A program made the position numbers and the translations under genes. DNA of 64,000 bases, taken from Escherichia phage vB_EcoM_Goslar. Where the stretch lies: sequence record NC_048170.1; one strand, written 5' to 3'. The notes beneath the pieces were generated by a model, which was not told the DNA's origin, ran no database searches, and saw only the letters and a list, made by a program, of their open reading frames with translations. Shown here in pieces: positions 36,975-47,468 of this stretch; the stretch's first letter is position 1, and each line of letters opens with the position of its first letter.

Positions 36975-39968
36975 ATGAGCGTAACCAACAAAGATCTTGC
37001 TGAACAGCTCAATCGCTATATGCTTTCACCTATTGAAATGCAGGCTGTTGCAAGCGATATGATCCGTTTGGCTTCTGATGGTGAATTAACCCTGGTTGAC
37101 CCCAGCTGTCCGTTTGTTTATCTGCTGGAGGTTGCAACGGCGACGGCGGCGAACCAGAACGCACGGGATGAATCCCGTGTTCGCGAACTGTATCCGAAGC
37201 TCGCAACGAACTGGAACCAGCTCTATCGTTGGATGTATGATGAGTCGTACGTTGGACGTTTCGCAATGCCGGGTAAAACGGAAATCATCTATTCGTTAGG
37301 GTATCAGGAAATCCTCGATCGCGCTGTAGAGATTCCCAACACCATCGCCTCCGATGATTTAAGCCGTTCTTACAGCCGTAAGTTAGTGATACCACGTACG
37401 ACGGCGTTTACGGTGGCTGGAATGGATTTCGGGTTGCATTATCCCATCGAAATCCAAGTACAAGCGCACGACCAGATCCGCGTCGTTTATAACACCGATA
37501 ACATCAGCCCATTGCAAACCTTGGAGAGTAACCAGGTTGAGTACGGGGTTGTTCGTGTAAAAGCGGGTAAAGTGTTGGTGATGCGTATTCCGCTGTTCCA
37601 GTTTAAAACACTGGTAAAAGATGTGCCGTTTAACAGCGTTCACGGGATGAACAGCAGCATTACCTTCGAAGATCAGTTTTACCATTGTCGTGCGTACATG
37701 TCGTCGGATAACGATACCTGGACGGAGATAGCGACAACACACAGTCAGCAGATCTACGATCCGTTAACACCAACCATCGCGTTACAAGTAGAAGGGAACA
37801 AACTTAACTGGCGTGTTCCTGAAATTTATTTGTCTCAAGGTACGATGGATAAAAGCACCATTCGACTTGAGGTGTTGACGACGAAAGGGAAAATCAGCGT
37901 CGACCCGTCTGATTACGACGTGACCGATTGGAAAGATAACTACATCGATTTGTCACCAAAAGCTGAACAGAAATACAGCGCGCCGCTAAGCGCATTCAAC
38001 ATTAAAGGGATTTATAGCGAAGGGGCATTGTCGGGTGGACGATCTGCATTAACGTTCGAGGAACAACGTGAACGTGTTATGGCGGGTGTGAACAAAACCA
38101 AGGTACCGATCACGGGAACGCAGGTAGAGCTGGTGCTTCAAGATGCGGGTTATGGGATGGTGACCACCATCGACAACGTAACCAATCGTTCGTTCCTGGC
38201 AACCCGAGATTTACCGCAATTGAGCGACAGCGTGCCGCAAGCCGGTTCGTTGATGGGGTCTTTCTATACGTCAGCTGCAGCATTGGTGAAAAGTAAGTTT
38301 GTCGCCGATAACGGCGATCGTATTACAATTAAACCTGACTGCCTGTATCGCGACAGTAACGGAAGTATCACGCTGTTGTCGGACGATGAAATTGACCGTA
38401 TTAATGCAGGCAACTCCGATGCGAAGTTGAACGCGGTAAACAACGCCATGTTGTTCTACAGTCCGTTTCATTACGTATTAGATGCAACAAGCGATTTCGA
38501 CATCCATGCTTATTACCTGGATGCCCCTAAGATCGGCACACAAGCATTCCTCGACGCGAACGAGACGATCCCGTTAACCGCTATGGTGACCGGATACCGT
38601 CTGGATCGTATCGCTGAAGGATATCGTCTAAGCCTCATTGTAGAAGGTAACGACGCATGGAAGGCGCTCGACGATAAAAACGTGCACATCCAGCTGGGAT
38701 TCAATCCGCGGGGTGAGGGTGATTATGCGACGATGCTGGCGTCACCGACAACCGATGAACAAGGTCGTCGTTTGTTCACCTTCGATATCACCACGAATTA
38801 CGATTTTACACGAATCCTGGCCGATGATTCCACGGCGTATGAACCGTATATCGCATTGACTTCGTTCTCGATGTATGAATCAACACCGCGGGATTATTGG
38901 GCATCACTGCAGCAGTATTTGGAAATCTTCCATGTGGTGACGGATTACGCGCCTGAAGATGTCGACGGTATCTTACACAGCGCTTCCGATAATTACCTGG
39001 TTAAGAAACTCACGCTTCAAAATGGGTATTGTTTCTACCGTGAACGTCTCACCGCAACCTTTGGTTATGATCTGGATGGTCTTTGGATGCGTTCTCGTAC
39101 GGTGGCCTCGGAGATCACGTATAAACGTTACACCGAGAACATTCCGTGGGTGTATGATGAAGATATCCCAGCGACGGATGAGACCGGTTCTGTTATCATT
39201 GAGCCGGGTGACGATGGTACGTTGTCGGTTAAATATCTGCATCGTAAAGGAGATCCGAAATTAAACAGTGATGGGAGCCAAGCCTATCGTTATCTGAAAG
39301 GCGACATCATGAAAGATAATTACGGTAATCCGATCCCCGTCGATGAACGTGAGGTTCTGCGTAACCTGGATATGTTCTTTATTGATGCATCGTATCTGTT
39401 AGCGAACGATACAGACGTGATTGAGTATCGTAATGCGATTCCTACGCAGCTTATCGAATGGATCCAGAACGATATCGACACGTTCAGGAATTTCTGTTAT
39501 GAAGAAACAGAGATTTCATTGTATCCTAAGCAATCGCTGGGGTATGTGGATGTTATTGTGGAAAACGGATTGGAAACGACGCTTCCTGCTGCCCTATCGT
39601 TCAACGTGACGCTGTACTTACCAGCTAAGCAATACGCTGACCTGGATTTACGTCAGGTCCTTCAAGCGATGGTATCGAAAGTCATCAATGAATGCTTAAC
39701 ATCCCGTACAGTGGCGAAAGCAGAAATGATCGCGATGATTCGTGAGGAGGGCGGTGACGACATCCTTAACGTTGAAATCGATGATTTTGGACCAGGTAAG
39801 AACCTCAGTGTTTATACCGCGAAGAACGATGGTGTTCGTTGTGCGGTGAAGAAAGAGCTTTATGTTAAAGCGGATGGTATCTTGTCCGTACGTGAAGCGA
39901 TCGATGTAAGTTTTGTGAAACATGCACAAAGCAACAGCACAGCGTTAGCGCAAGGCCTCCGTGTCTAA
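36975..39968 (+). CDS. large hypothetical virion protein (997 aa)
   Basis: ORF track; ATG with GAGGGA upstream; 3 nt after previous stop. Confidence 0.85.
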   Translation: MSVTNKDLAEQLNRYMLSPIEMQAVASDMIRLASDGELTLVDPSCPFVYLLEVATATAANQNARDESRVRELYPKLATNWNQLYRWMYDESYVGRFAMPGKTEIIYSLGYQEILDRAVEIPNTIASDDLSRSYSRKLVIPRTTAFTVAGMDFGLHYPIEIQVQAHDQIRVVYNTDNISPLQTLESNQVEYGVVRVKAGKVLVMRIPLFQFKTLVKDVPFNSVHGMNSSITFEDQFYHCRAYMSSDNDTWTEIATTHSQQIYDPLTPTIALQVEGNKLNWRVPEIYLSQGTMDKSTIRLEVLTTKGKISVDPSDYDVTDWKDNYIDLSPKAEQKYSAPLSAFNIKGIYSEGALSGGRSALTFEEQRERVMAGVNKTKVPITGTQVELVLQDAGYGMVTTIDNVTNRSFLATRDLPQLSDSVPQAGSLMGSFYTSAAALVKSKFVADNGDRITIKPDCLYRDSNGSITLLSDDEIDRINAGNSDAKLNAVNNAMLFYSPFHYVLDATSDFDIHAYYLDAPKIGTQAFLDANETIPLTAMVTGYRLDRIAEGYRLSLIVEGNDAWKALDDKNVHIQLGFNPRGEGDYATMLASPTTDEQGRRLFTFDITTNYDFTRILADDSTAYEPYIALTSFSMYESTPRDYWASLQQYLEIFHVVTDYAPEDVDGILHSASDNYLVKKLTLQNGYCFYRERLTATFGYDLDGLWMRSRTVASEITYKRYTENIPWVYDEDIPATDETGSVIIEPGDDGTLSVKYLHRKGDPKLNSDGSQAYRYLKGDIMKDNYGNPIPVDEREVLRNLDMFFIDASYLLANDTDVIEYRNAIPTQLIEWIQNDIDTFRNFCYEETEISLYPKQSLGYVDVIVENGLETTLPAALSFNVTLYLPAKQYADLDLRQVLQAMVSKVINECLTSRTVAKAEMIAMIREEGGDDILNVEIDDFGPGKNLSVYTAKNDGVRCAVKKELYVKADGILSVREAIDVSFVKHAQSNSTALAQGLRV

Positions 39969-39989
39969 AACAAAATAGCGTGAGCATAA

Positions 39990-40021
39990 CCCTCCTCCAA
40001 CCCGTAAGGGAAGGAGGAGGG
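39990..40021. terminator. GC-rich hairpin ccctcctcc-aa-ccc-GTAA-ggg-aa-ggaggaggg, bidirectional terminator candidate
   Basis: Perfect stems between convergent genes 36975..39968 (+) and 40031..42823 (-). Confidence 0.6.
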
Positions 40022-40030
40022 AATATGCTG

Positions 40031-42823
40031 TTATCTTACGTTATTGCTATTCTGCTGTTCGCTGAACCAGCCATACACCTTGAGATCGGTACCGTATTTC
40101 AATGCGATATACGCATTCAGCGCAGCGCAGAACAAAGACGCGAATGCCCATATCAGCGAAGGATCGACGTCTTCCGTTACCACTGGGAGAGTATTATCCG
40201 GTTCCCATGATGGTGAACTGTCCATGAACGTCGCGTACCATCCCCGCCGTTGTTCTTCGGTGGTAAAGTCGCTATGGGGTTCCAATGCTTCTTTTGCCAG
40301 ACGTCGATATTCGAACATATGCGTTGCTAAAGCCGATGAGTTACCAGATTCGCCCTCATAGTTCGGATCCACCGCATAACAGAGTTCTGTTGAATCTAAC
40401 AAAGCAACCGCCTGTGTGATGCTGTCGGCAGTGCCTGCACCATAGAGCTCGATAGACCGCGAAAGCTTTTCACAGAACGCATTTAACGCGGAAGGATTGG
40501 ACACCTGAAGGTCAAGGCCTAATGTCCACGGATAGTTACTGAATACACCCGTAAACCGTGGCATAACACCCAACAGATGCTGTCCGATTACGGCACGGTT
40601 ATAAACAGCCCTGTTATAGACTTGAAGCGCGGCCTCCAGGGCTTGGTTATAATGACGACGAAGCTCGTCACGAGAGTTGCGGAACCTGTTTGCCGCAAGA
40701 CTTGTGGCTGCGACGCTACAAACATCGTAATTGGTGGACGAGAGCACAACCTCGTTAAGATCGAACGCTTCCTGTTTCAATGTTCCGCTAACAGCCGCTG
40801 CTTCGCTGTTCGCTTTATCGACAACTGTACTCAAAGCGTTAATATAACGTTTAGCTCGGACCTCCAACCATTGTGCGATACCGAGAATATCCACCGCAGC
40901 TTTAGCAAGATCACGTGCATTCACGATTTCGTTCTTCAATGCCCCTAAACCTTTATTTTCAGGCGATGAGGCTTGTTGACGAATCATGCTGTTCAACATG
41001 GTAAGCAGATTATCCAACTCATGTCCGCTGACCTTGTTACGTGCATCGGTAATCGGCCCTTGCAGGAATTTACGGCAACCGTCGTTGTATCGAATCAGTT
41101 TATCCACATCGATAGATTCGTTCGTGGATTCCTTGAACTGATCCTTCAATTCTTCACGGTAATCATGGATTTCACTTGCGAGATTATCGATAGTGATACC
41201 ATCATGTCCAAGAAGAACTTTATTGAAGTTACCTTTCTCGAATGCAAGAGTAAGACCTTCACGAATCTTAGCGAGTTTGTCCTGATCAAGTTCACGACCG
41301 TTCGATAGCTCTTTCACTTCCGAGCTGATTAATGCCGAAACGTTACCCAGATTGTCGGTAACCCCTTTGAACGCTCCCGACCAGATCGTTCCTGCTTCAG
41401 CATATTTCGCAATGGTCTGAATACCGACGGTATGTAACGATGCTAAGCGTTTCTTCGTGCCTTCGGTAAGCAGTGCGTCTTTAGCTCGCGTAAGCTGACT
41501 GTTATTAGCTTCCGCCTGCTGAATCGCTGCTTTCGCACTTCCATTACGCCAGCTCTTAACCAGCCAATCAACCAAACGTTTTAGGATATTGACGGTGTAT
41601 TCCATTGTCCGCCGTAACGTTTCCCACGCGCTTTCTGCGGTATAGATGCCGTACCCTTCCATCTTCGTTGGGTCAAAGAAACCTTCCTGCACGAGATCGG
41701 TACGTGTGTAGCCATCAGCAGCTTCTACTTCCGCCTGGGTTTTATCCCAGAAGTCGTCGCTCTTTGCAGCAATCGCTGTATCTTTAACGTCCAGGATGAT
41801 CTGACCAACCGTTTGTGCAAACAGCAAGGCTGCACGTACCGATTGTGCGAACATCCGCTGATATTTGATTCGAACGCATTGCATCTGGGTTAGCAGATTC
41901 AGTTGTGCGATCCCATCCAAGGTGCTATCCTGAGCAAGTCCTTCGGCTTTAGCGATAACCTGTTTTACACGTTCAGCGACATCACCGTACTGCTGGCAAA
42001 CATCCCGCAGAATACGTGCCGCGAAGACCCCGGTACCGATATAGTTCAATAGGTCTTTTAACGACCATTCGGTCGGACAATCGGTCGGCGCAATAGGGAG
42101 TAAGCAACCATCACCGTCCATGAATCTCTCTAATGCGCTAATATCCTGATTTTCTACGCTCATGGGGATATCGACATCAGCCGCTTGCAGATCCAGCATC
42201 TGTTGTAGGATGTTGGTATCGGCTTGTACAAGCGTCGCAAGCGCTTGGCTGTGTGCGATTATTGGTAACGCAGGTGACCATACTGCAGCAAGCTTGTCGG
42301 CGTGACGTTGAATGGCATACCCCATATCCTCGATCACATCGGGATGCTCGATAACCCCCTGAAGCGTTTGATGTAGCTCACCGAGTTGCTGAGACAGATC
42401 GACCATCATGGTGTTGAAGGTTTCGTCATCCTCTTTGTGGTTGTCCAGACGCTCGAGTTCATGTCGAAGCAATGTAACGAGCTGTCCGTTGCCTTCTTGC
42501 TTCAGCTTGCTTTCCATTAACGTAATGGCTTTATCGACGATCTGACACGCTTCACGAAAACCGGTTGTGGAAGGAAGCTCTGTCCATAACGCCAGCGGTT
42601 TACCGTCAAGGGCTTCCGGCATCGATAACGAAAGCATAGACAGTTGTTGACGTGATACTTGCTGTTCACGGTGTAATGTTTCTTTTAACGCCAGGAGATC
42701 GTCAAGAAACGCGCCGTTAAGGGTGGTCGTACGTGGTGTTGAATTAATACCGTCAGTTAACGATTCAAGCACCAGGAGACCGTTATCAGCTGAAGAGAGT
42801 CCCGCGGCAAGATATTTGTTCAT
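40031..42823 (-). CDS. large hypothetical virion protein (930 aa)
   Basis: ORF track; ATG with GGAG 7 nt upstream; internal LVQEGFF motif; hydrophobic C-terminal segment. Confidence 0.85.
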   Translation of the reverse strand: MNKYLAAGLSSADNGLLVLESLTDGINSTPRTTTLNGAFLDDLLALKETLHREQQVSRQQLSMLSLSMPEALDGKPLALWTELPSTTGFREACQIVDKAITLMESKLKQEGNGQLVTLLRHELERLDNHKEDDETFNTMMVDLSQQLGELHQTLQGVIEHPDVIEDMGYAIQRHADKLAAVWSPALPIIAHSQALATLVQADTNILQQMLDLQAADVDIPMSVENQDISALERFMDGDGCLLPIAPTDCPTEWSLKDLLNYIGTGVFAARILRDVCQQYGDVAERVKQVIAKAEGLAQDSTLDGIAQLNLLTQMQCVRIKYQRMFAQSVRAALLFAQTVGQIILDVKDTAIAAKSDDFWDKTQAEVEAADGYTRTDLVQEGFFDPTKMEGYGIYTAESAWETLRRTMEYTVNILKRLVDWLVKSWRNGSAKAAIQQAEANNSQLTRAKDALLTEGTKKRLASLHTVGIQTIAKYAEAGTIWSGAFKGVTDNLGNVSALISSEVKELSNGRELDQDKLAKIREGLTLAFEKGNFNKVLLGHDGITIDNLASEIHDYREELKDQFKESTNESIDVDKLIRYNDGCRKFLQGPITDARNKVSGHELDNLLTMLNSMIRQQASSPENKGLGALKNEIVNARDLAKAAVDILGIAQWLEVRAKRYINALSTVVDKANSEAAAVSGTLKQEAFDLNEVVLSSTNYDVCSVAATSLAANRFRNSRDELRRHYNQALEAALQVYNRAVYNRAVIGQHLLGVMPRFTGVFSNYPWTLGLDLQVSNPSALNAFCEKLSRSIELYGAGTADSITQAVALLDSTELCYAVDPNYEGESGNSSALATHMFEYRRLAKEALEPHSDFTTEEQRRGWYATFMDSSPSWEPDNTLPVVTEDVDPSLIWAFASLFCAALNAYIALKYGTDLKVYGWFSEQQNSNNVR

Positions 42824-42838
42824 AAAACACTCCGTTGG

Positions 42839-42869
42839 CCTAGGGGAAGGTTTTCAGCCTTCCCCTAGG
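42839..42869. terminator. hairpin cctaggggaagg-ttttcag-ccttcccctagg
   Basis: Perfect 12-bp stem, 7-nt loop; between stop 42883 and start 42823. Confidence 0.6.
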
Positions 42870-42882
42870 GTTATAAACACAA

Positions 42883-45687
42883 TTAAGCTAATTTACCGAA
42901 ACCGGCTTTCTGCAGTTTCTCGTTGATGATTTTCGCTTCAGCGAAGACGTAATCGCGGTAGGCGGTCACTAACGCATCCACACGTGAACGCAAGGCTTCT
43001 TCGAAGCTATACCACGCAGCGATTTCACGAATCTGTGCGTTGATATAATCAACGGTTGAGCGAAGCTCGGTTGCGTTTTCCTGCGGGATGGCTTTCACCT
43101 GGCGAGCAACGTCATTTAAACGACGGAACTGTGTTTCGATTTCTTTAAACTTATTGTCGGCAAGTTTGCTGAATTCGTCACCAGAACGGGTAAATAACAG
43201 ATAGCTGTTGCCATCAAGTGCGGTCGCTAACTGCTGAAGTACGTTGGTGTCCGGATACACAGGAGTACCGCTTTGCAGTACCTTCTCACCGAATTCCGCG
43301 AAGTCCTTCGGTGGTAAGTGCGCAGACGTTGTCAACTCGTTGAAACGGAAAGTCAGCGAACTATCATACAACATCCGGTACGCTTCCATACCCTGCTTCA
43401 TGGTGCCAGCCAGGTTGGCCAGACGCGGAGCAATCTCACCCTCTTTAGCGCGTTTCTGGTCTTCTAACGCCCCTTCGAGTTCTTTACACTGGTCGTTCAG
43501 ATACACGATACGATCGGGACGCAGACGACGCATCTCACGAAGAATGGTATCCAGCTTACCTTCCTGGAAATAACCTAGCGTTAAAGACGTACACGCTTGC
43601 TGAAGACGATCGAACACCGGTAAGGTTACCATCTCCTTACGGATACCATCAACAATCGCAGAAACAGCCGAAAGTTTCTGTTCTGTCGTTAATGGAACAT
43701 CAGAGACCGACTTGCTGGGCGCACCAACAACGTTACGCATTGCGTCGGTATCCTCGGTTTTATCAACCTCTTTACGAACATGCTCATCAGGAACATAAAC
43801 GTTCGCATTACGTTTCGCCTGCTTGATGGCATCGTTGGCCGCTTTTTCGGTGGCTGCTACGCTATCGGCACGTTTCTTCAAGAGTTCAATAATCCAGAGC
43901 ACCAGACGACGAATCGCAGTATAGGCCGTCGTGATGATGACACCGATAACAGCCATCTTCATGATACCGAACGATTCCATGGTCGGCTCTAATGCCTGGT
44001 CTGGCATATAGCGTTCACGCAGCTCCAGATAGATCTGCTCATCCGGTTTGCTGATCTCGCCACGATGCGAAGTCCGATAGATGGCTTCGTCAATCTCAAC
44101 AAGATCTTTGCGTGCCTGACGGTCTGTTTCGGTCAAATAAGCGCAGCCGGATACGTCGTCTTCAAAACTTTCGAACTTAAAGAAATCGACAACCATCTTG
44201 GCAAGCGCCTCTTTCTTAGCAGGATCGAGTGTCTTCGCATCTTCTTTTTGCTTATCCATTTTTTCCTTGAATTTCTCTTTGTAGTCATTCAAGGGTTTTA
44301 CCGCTCTTGCTTTCAACGCGTTATAGATAGCTTTCCACTCATCGTTACGTTCGAGGACAATGAAATGGTTTTTGAGTTCGAAAGCGCGATAGCGTGCAAC
44401 GAGCTGTTCTACCTGAATATGAGCGAGTTGGATATCCATTAACCAACGCGACATCGCCGAGATCAAACGGCTATAAGCGAACAACGTTTGGTAGGTTAAC
44501 TTCATGTATGTTTCATACAGCTCAATATCGCCGCTCTGAATATTGGCTGTTGGATTCATTTCCTTTGTTGCCTTGAAGACCTGTTCTGCTTCTCTCAGCG
44601 TCTTTTCGAACTTAACGTCATTAAACGCAGTGAATGGTTCAGCCAACTCATGCATTTTATCGTGGAGTTCGCGGATCCAAGCTTCCTTGCTGTCGCGGAT
44701 GGTGTTTTCATCATGGAGCACGGTTTGATGTTTTCGTACCCATTCTTCCACGATATCAGCAGCGGAAACAATCGGAACGCGATCTGAAATGAGCGGGACG
44801 ATCGTGTGAAGCGCCCCGACACATTCTGGCGTGTCCCAGTGTTTCTGGAGTTCATCACGGAAACGGTTAATGTTTTCTAAGGTGGTACCTAAATCAAGGA
44901 AAGTGCCGCCATTATGACTCATCTGTGCAACCAGATCGGCAAATACCTTTTGTTTTTCGATGACAAAAGGAACCATCCGCATAAGCCATTCAGCAGTTGC
45001 TTTAGCCTTTTCTTTCAGGTTCTTATCGGCGATTTCTTTAAGGTTAATCGCGCTACCGTATCCTGCAAGTTCGTTGTAGACGTCGTTAACCGTCATCTCT
45101 TTATCCAACATTTCTTTGAAACGTGGATAATCTGCACCTAACGCGTCGATGACTTCTTGGATGATGTCGTCTGTGGTAGCGATAAATTTATTTGTGCCGC
45201 CGTAATGGTTCCAGATTTTCTGTAGCGTCTTCTTAAAGAATTCGAAGACGAATGTCCAGATACGCTTAATGAGTTCCCAGACTTTCTTCGCACCATCGAC
45301 AAACAGTTTAGAGACTTTGGCAACGAATCCTTCCTGCACCAACTCAACGCCGTTACGTGATGGAATTTCGGTGAAGAAAGCATCTGGCAGTTGTTTCGGG
45401 AACGCGTCACCAAGACGCATACGCAATTCGGGTACATCGGCACGAGAAATACCGCGCGTCGTTAACTGCTCGTGAAGACGAACGTTTTCTTCACCAGAGG
45501 CTACGAATTCGTTAACGTCAAATGACACCAGTTCTTGATCTTCGGTGGTGACGACGCTTGAACCATCACTGGTTTGGATGTCTTCGTCAGGGAATGCCAT
45601 GAGCATACCGTGACGCATTTCAACCACTCCGTAATCGGTTGCTAAACCGAATTCGTTGTGATCGGGGGTAATAACTGGGATACTCAT
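42883..45687 (-). CDS. large virion protein (934 aa) carrying the paralog-family N-terminal motif
   Basis: ORF track; ATG; VELVQEGFVAKVSKLFVDGAKKVWELIKRIW aligns with VVEGFKDTVVKAMKKIWDII of gene 30350..31666. Confidence 0.85.
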   Translation of the reverse strand: MSIPVITPDHNEFGLATDYGVVEMRHGMLMAFPDEDIQTSDGSSVVTTEDQELVSFDVNEFVASGEENVRLHEQLTTRGISRADVPELRMRLGDAFPKQLPDAFFTEIPSRNGVELVQEGFVAKVSKLFVDGAKKVWELIKRIWTFVFEFFKKTLQKIWNHYGGTNKFIATTDDIIQEVIDALGADYPRFKEMLDKEMTVNDVYNELAGYGSAINLKEIADKNLKEKAKATAEWLMRMVPFVIEKQKVFADLVAQMSHNGGTFLDLGTTLENINRFRDELQKHWDTPECVGALHTIVPLISDRVPIVSAADIVEEWVRKHQTVLHDENTIRDSKEAWIRELHDKMHELAEPFTAFNDVKFEKTLREAEQVFKATKEMNPTANIQSGDIELYETYMKLTYQTLFAYSRLISAMSRWLMDIQLAHIQVEQLVARYRAFELKNHFIVLERNDEWKAIYNALKARAVKPLNDYKEKFKEKMDKQKEDAKTLDPAKKEALAKMVVDFFKFESFEDDVSGCAYLTETDRQARKDLVEIDEAIYRTSHRGEISKPDEQIYLELRERYMPDQALEPTMESFGIMKMAVIGVIITTAYTAIRRLVLWIIELLKKRADSVAATEKAANDAIKQAKRNANVYVPDEHVRKEVDKTEDTDAMRNVVGAPSKSVSDVPLTTEQKLSAVSAIVDGIRKEMVTLPVFDRLQQACTSLTLGYFQEGKLDTILREMRRLRPDRIVYLNDQCKELEGALEDQKRAKEGEIAPRLANLAGTMKQGMEAYRMLYDSSLTFRFNELTTSAHLPPKDFAEFGEKVLQSGTPVYPDTNVLQQLATALDGNSYLLFTRSGDEFSKLADNKFKEIETQFRRLNDVARQVKAIPQENATELRSTVDYINAQIREIAAWYSFEEALRSRVDALVTAYRDYVFAEAKIINEKLQKAGFGKLA

Positions 45688-46124
45688 GCATTCTCTCCTT
45701 GCAGTGCGTTAGCGAAAGCTGTTGCGAGCTGCGCAACCAGTTTCGGATCAACGCCTTCGATAACGTCAGGCAGCCCTGCGGTTTCTTGGTCACGAACAGC
45801 GGAGGCTAATAACAGCATGGTTTCAGGCGCGGTTGGCTCATGCACCATGCGGTAACGCAGGCACCAGAAGTAGCGGGCAACGTCTAACGCATCAGCCAGC
45901 CCAATAACCAGCACCTTGTTCAGTTTATCCAACCCGTCACGGATTTTAGGGAGATGTTCACGAACGAAGATGCTATCCGCAGTCAGATCTTCTTTTTCAG
46001 CGAATACCGGCATGCTGTAACCGGCGATGTAACCTGCGGCAATACTTAACGCGCGGGTCTGTTGTTCGGCTGGGAAGTCACGTACCAGGTCTTTCAGCTG
46101 AACGGCGAAATCAGAAATATTCAT
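45684..46124 (-). CDS. hypothetical protein (146 aa)
   Basis: ORF track; ATG with AAAGGAA upstream; stop overlaps downstream start (ATGA). Confidence 0.65.
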   Translation of the reverse strand: MNISDFAVQLKDLVRDFPAEQQTRALSIAAGYIAGYSMPVFAEKEDLTADSIFVREHLPKIRDGLDKLNKVLVIGLADALDVARYFWCLRYRMVHEPTAPETMLLLASAVRDQETAGLPDVIEGVDPKLVAQLATAFANALQGENA

Positions 46125-46157
46125 GTTAAATTCCTTTATAGTAAAAAATAGAAGAGA

Positions 46158-47468
46158 TTAGGCGATAATGGAATCAAGAGTCGCTGCTGTTTTGAACAGA
46201 TCGCTGTTCATTGTAGAAGAAAGGACTTGCTGAATTTCTTCCTGTTTAACGGCTTTACGAACTCCAGGACGAAGGATAAGCGTAACCATCTGCATAAATG
46301 TACGGTTGTTGTTCATCGCGCTTAACGTTTCATCAATTGTTTTGATGGTATCTAACGTAGTGGAGCGTATGTCGCTAGGGAGGTCACGATCTTTCAGACG
46401 TATAATCAAATCTTGTTTGATTTTTCTGAATCGTTCCATATCGTTGTCATAGATGCTGTATGTCGGATCTAACCAAACTGCAAGCGCCATAGCAGCAACA
46501 AATATTGCCATACCAAGAATATTAACCGAGGTGAAGCTGATCGCTATCAAAATTGTCACGGCTGCATCTTTAATGAAGGAGAGCCAGAACATCGTTTTGG
46601 ACTTCATGGAGTTGGTGCCATAAAGCCGAAACATTTTAGCAAGCCCGCTAACGAGATACTCCCCACTGCCGTGACGTGTAGCGAACTGATCGGCCATGAA
46701 TTCGGAAGCAACGTCGGTATATCGTCCAGCGTTGTTTACATTTCTTAACTGCATCGCTTTGTTAGACACGTAAACCGTGTACCAGACACTACCATCGTCT
46801 GAATCACTGATTTTATTTACGTCGACGTTAGTATCTAGCGTTTTGTTTAACGCTTTCGCCAGTTCGATACGTTTTACCTTATCGGTTGTTCCCAACAGTT
46901 CGCGCTGCACGGTCATGATTGAGGCTTCGACACGAACCGTTTCCGACAATGTTTCAAGGAAAGTAAACGCATGACCGATTTCATGCAGCATTATGGCTGC
47001 TTTTTCTTCCGGAAGAAAGGGTTCTGTCGCTGTTAGCAATTCATACGTGATGGCAGAACGAATCTTCAACTCCTCAAAAATACCGTAAACGCGACCTTTT
47101 TCTAAATCGACGTAACCGACAGGTGCATCTTTAATCTTCTTAAGAAGTGCGACACCATCGACACCACGCATCCATAATCGATGATAGTCTGCCAATATCG
47201 CGTTGTTTGTTGAAATATCCGGCGGGTACACGTAGGCATTCATCTGGCCCATTTTCACGTCAACCGAAAATTCGATGTTCAACCCCGTATAGCGTTTAAC
47301 CATCTCGGTTAAACGACCGTCCTTGAAAACGTTTAAAACCTCTTTTTTATCCAGTCCCTGTTTGCTTCTGAAGAACTCGGTCATTTCCTTGAACAAGGAA
47401 CCATCCTGAAACTTGATGGCCTCCATCGTTAATTCGTCATGACCATACACGCGTTGTAGTAATGACAT
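46158..47468 (-). CDS. putative membrane-associated zinc metallopeptidase (HExxH motif, 436 aa)
   Basis: ORF track; ATG with GAGAG upstream; AAIMLHEIGHAF encoded at 46985..46971 (verified by direct reading); two hydrophobic segments near residues 290-335. Confidence 0.7.
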   Translation of the reverse strand: MSLLQRVYGHDELTMEAIKFQDGSLFKEMTEFFRSKQGLDKKEVLNVFKDGRLTEMVKRYTGLNIEFSVDVKMGQMNAYVYPPDISTNNAILADYHRLWMRGVDGVALLKKIKDAPVGYVDLEKGRVYGIFEELKIRSAITYELLTATEPFLPEEKAAIMLHEIGHAFTFLETLSETVRVEASIMTVQRELLGTTDKVKRIELAKALNKTLDTNVDVNKISDSDDGSVWYTVYVSNKAMQLRNVNNAGRYTDVASEFMADQFATRHGSGEYLVSGLAKMFRLYGTNSMKSKTMFWLSFIKDAAVTILIAISFTSVNILGMAIFVAAMALAVWLDPTYSIYDNDMERFRKIKQDLIIRLKDRDLPSDIRSTTLDTIKTIDETLSAMNNNRTFMQMVTLILRPGVRKAVKQEEIQQVLSSTMNSDLFKTAATLDSIIA

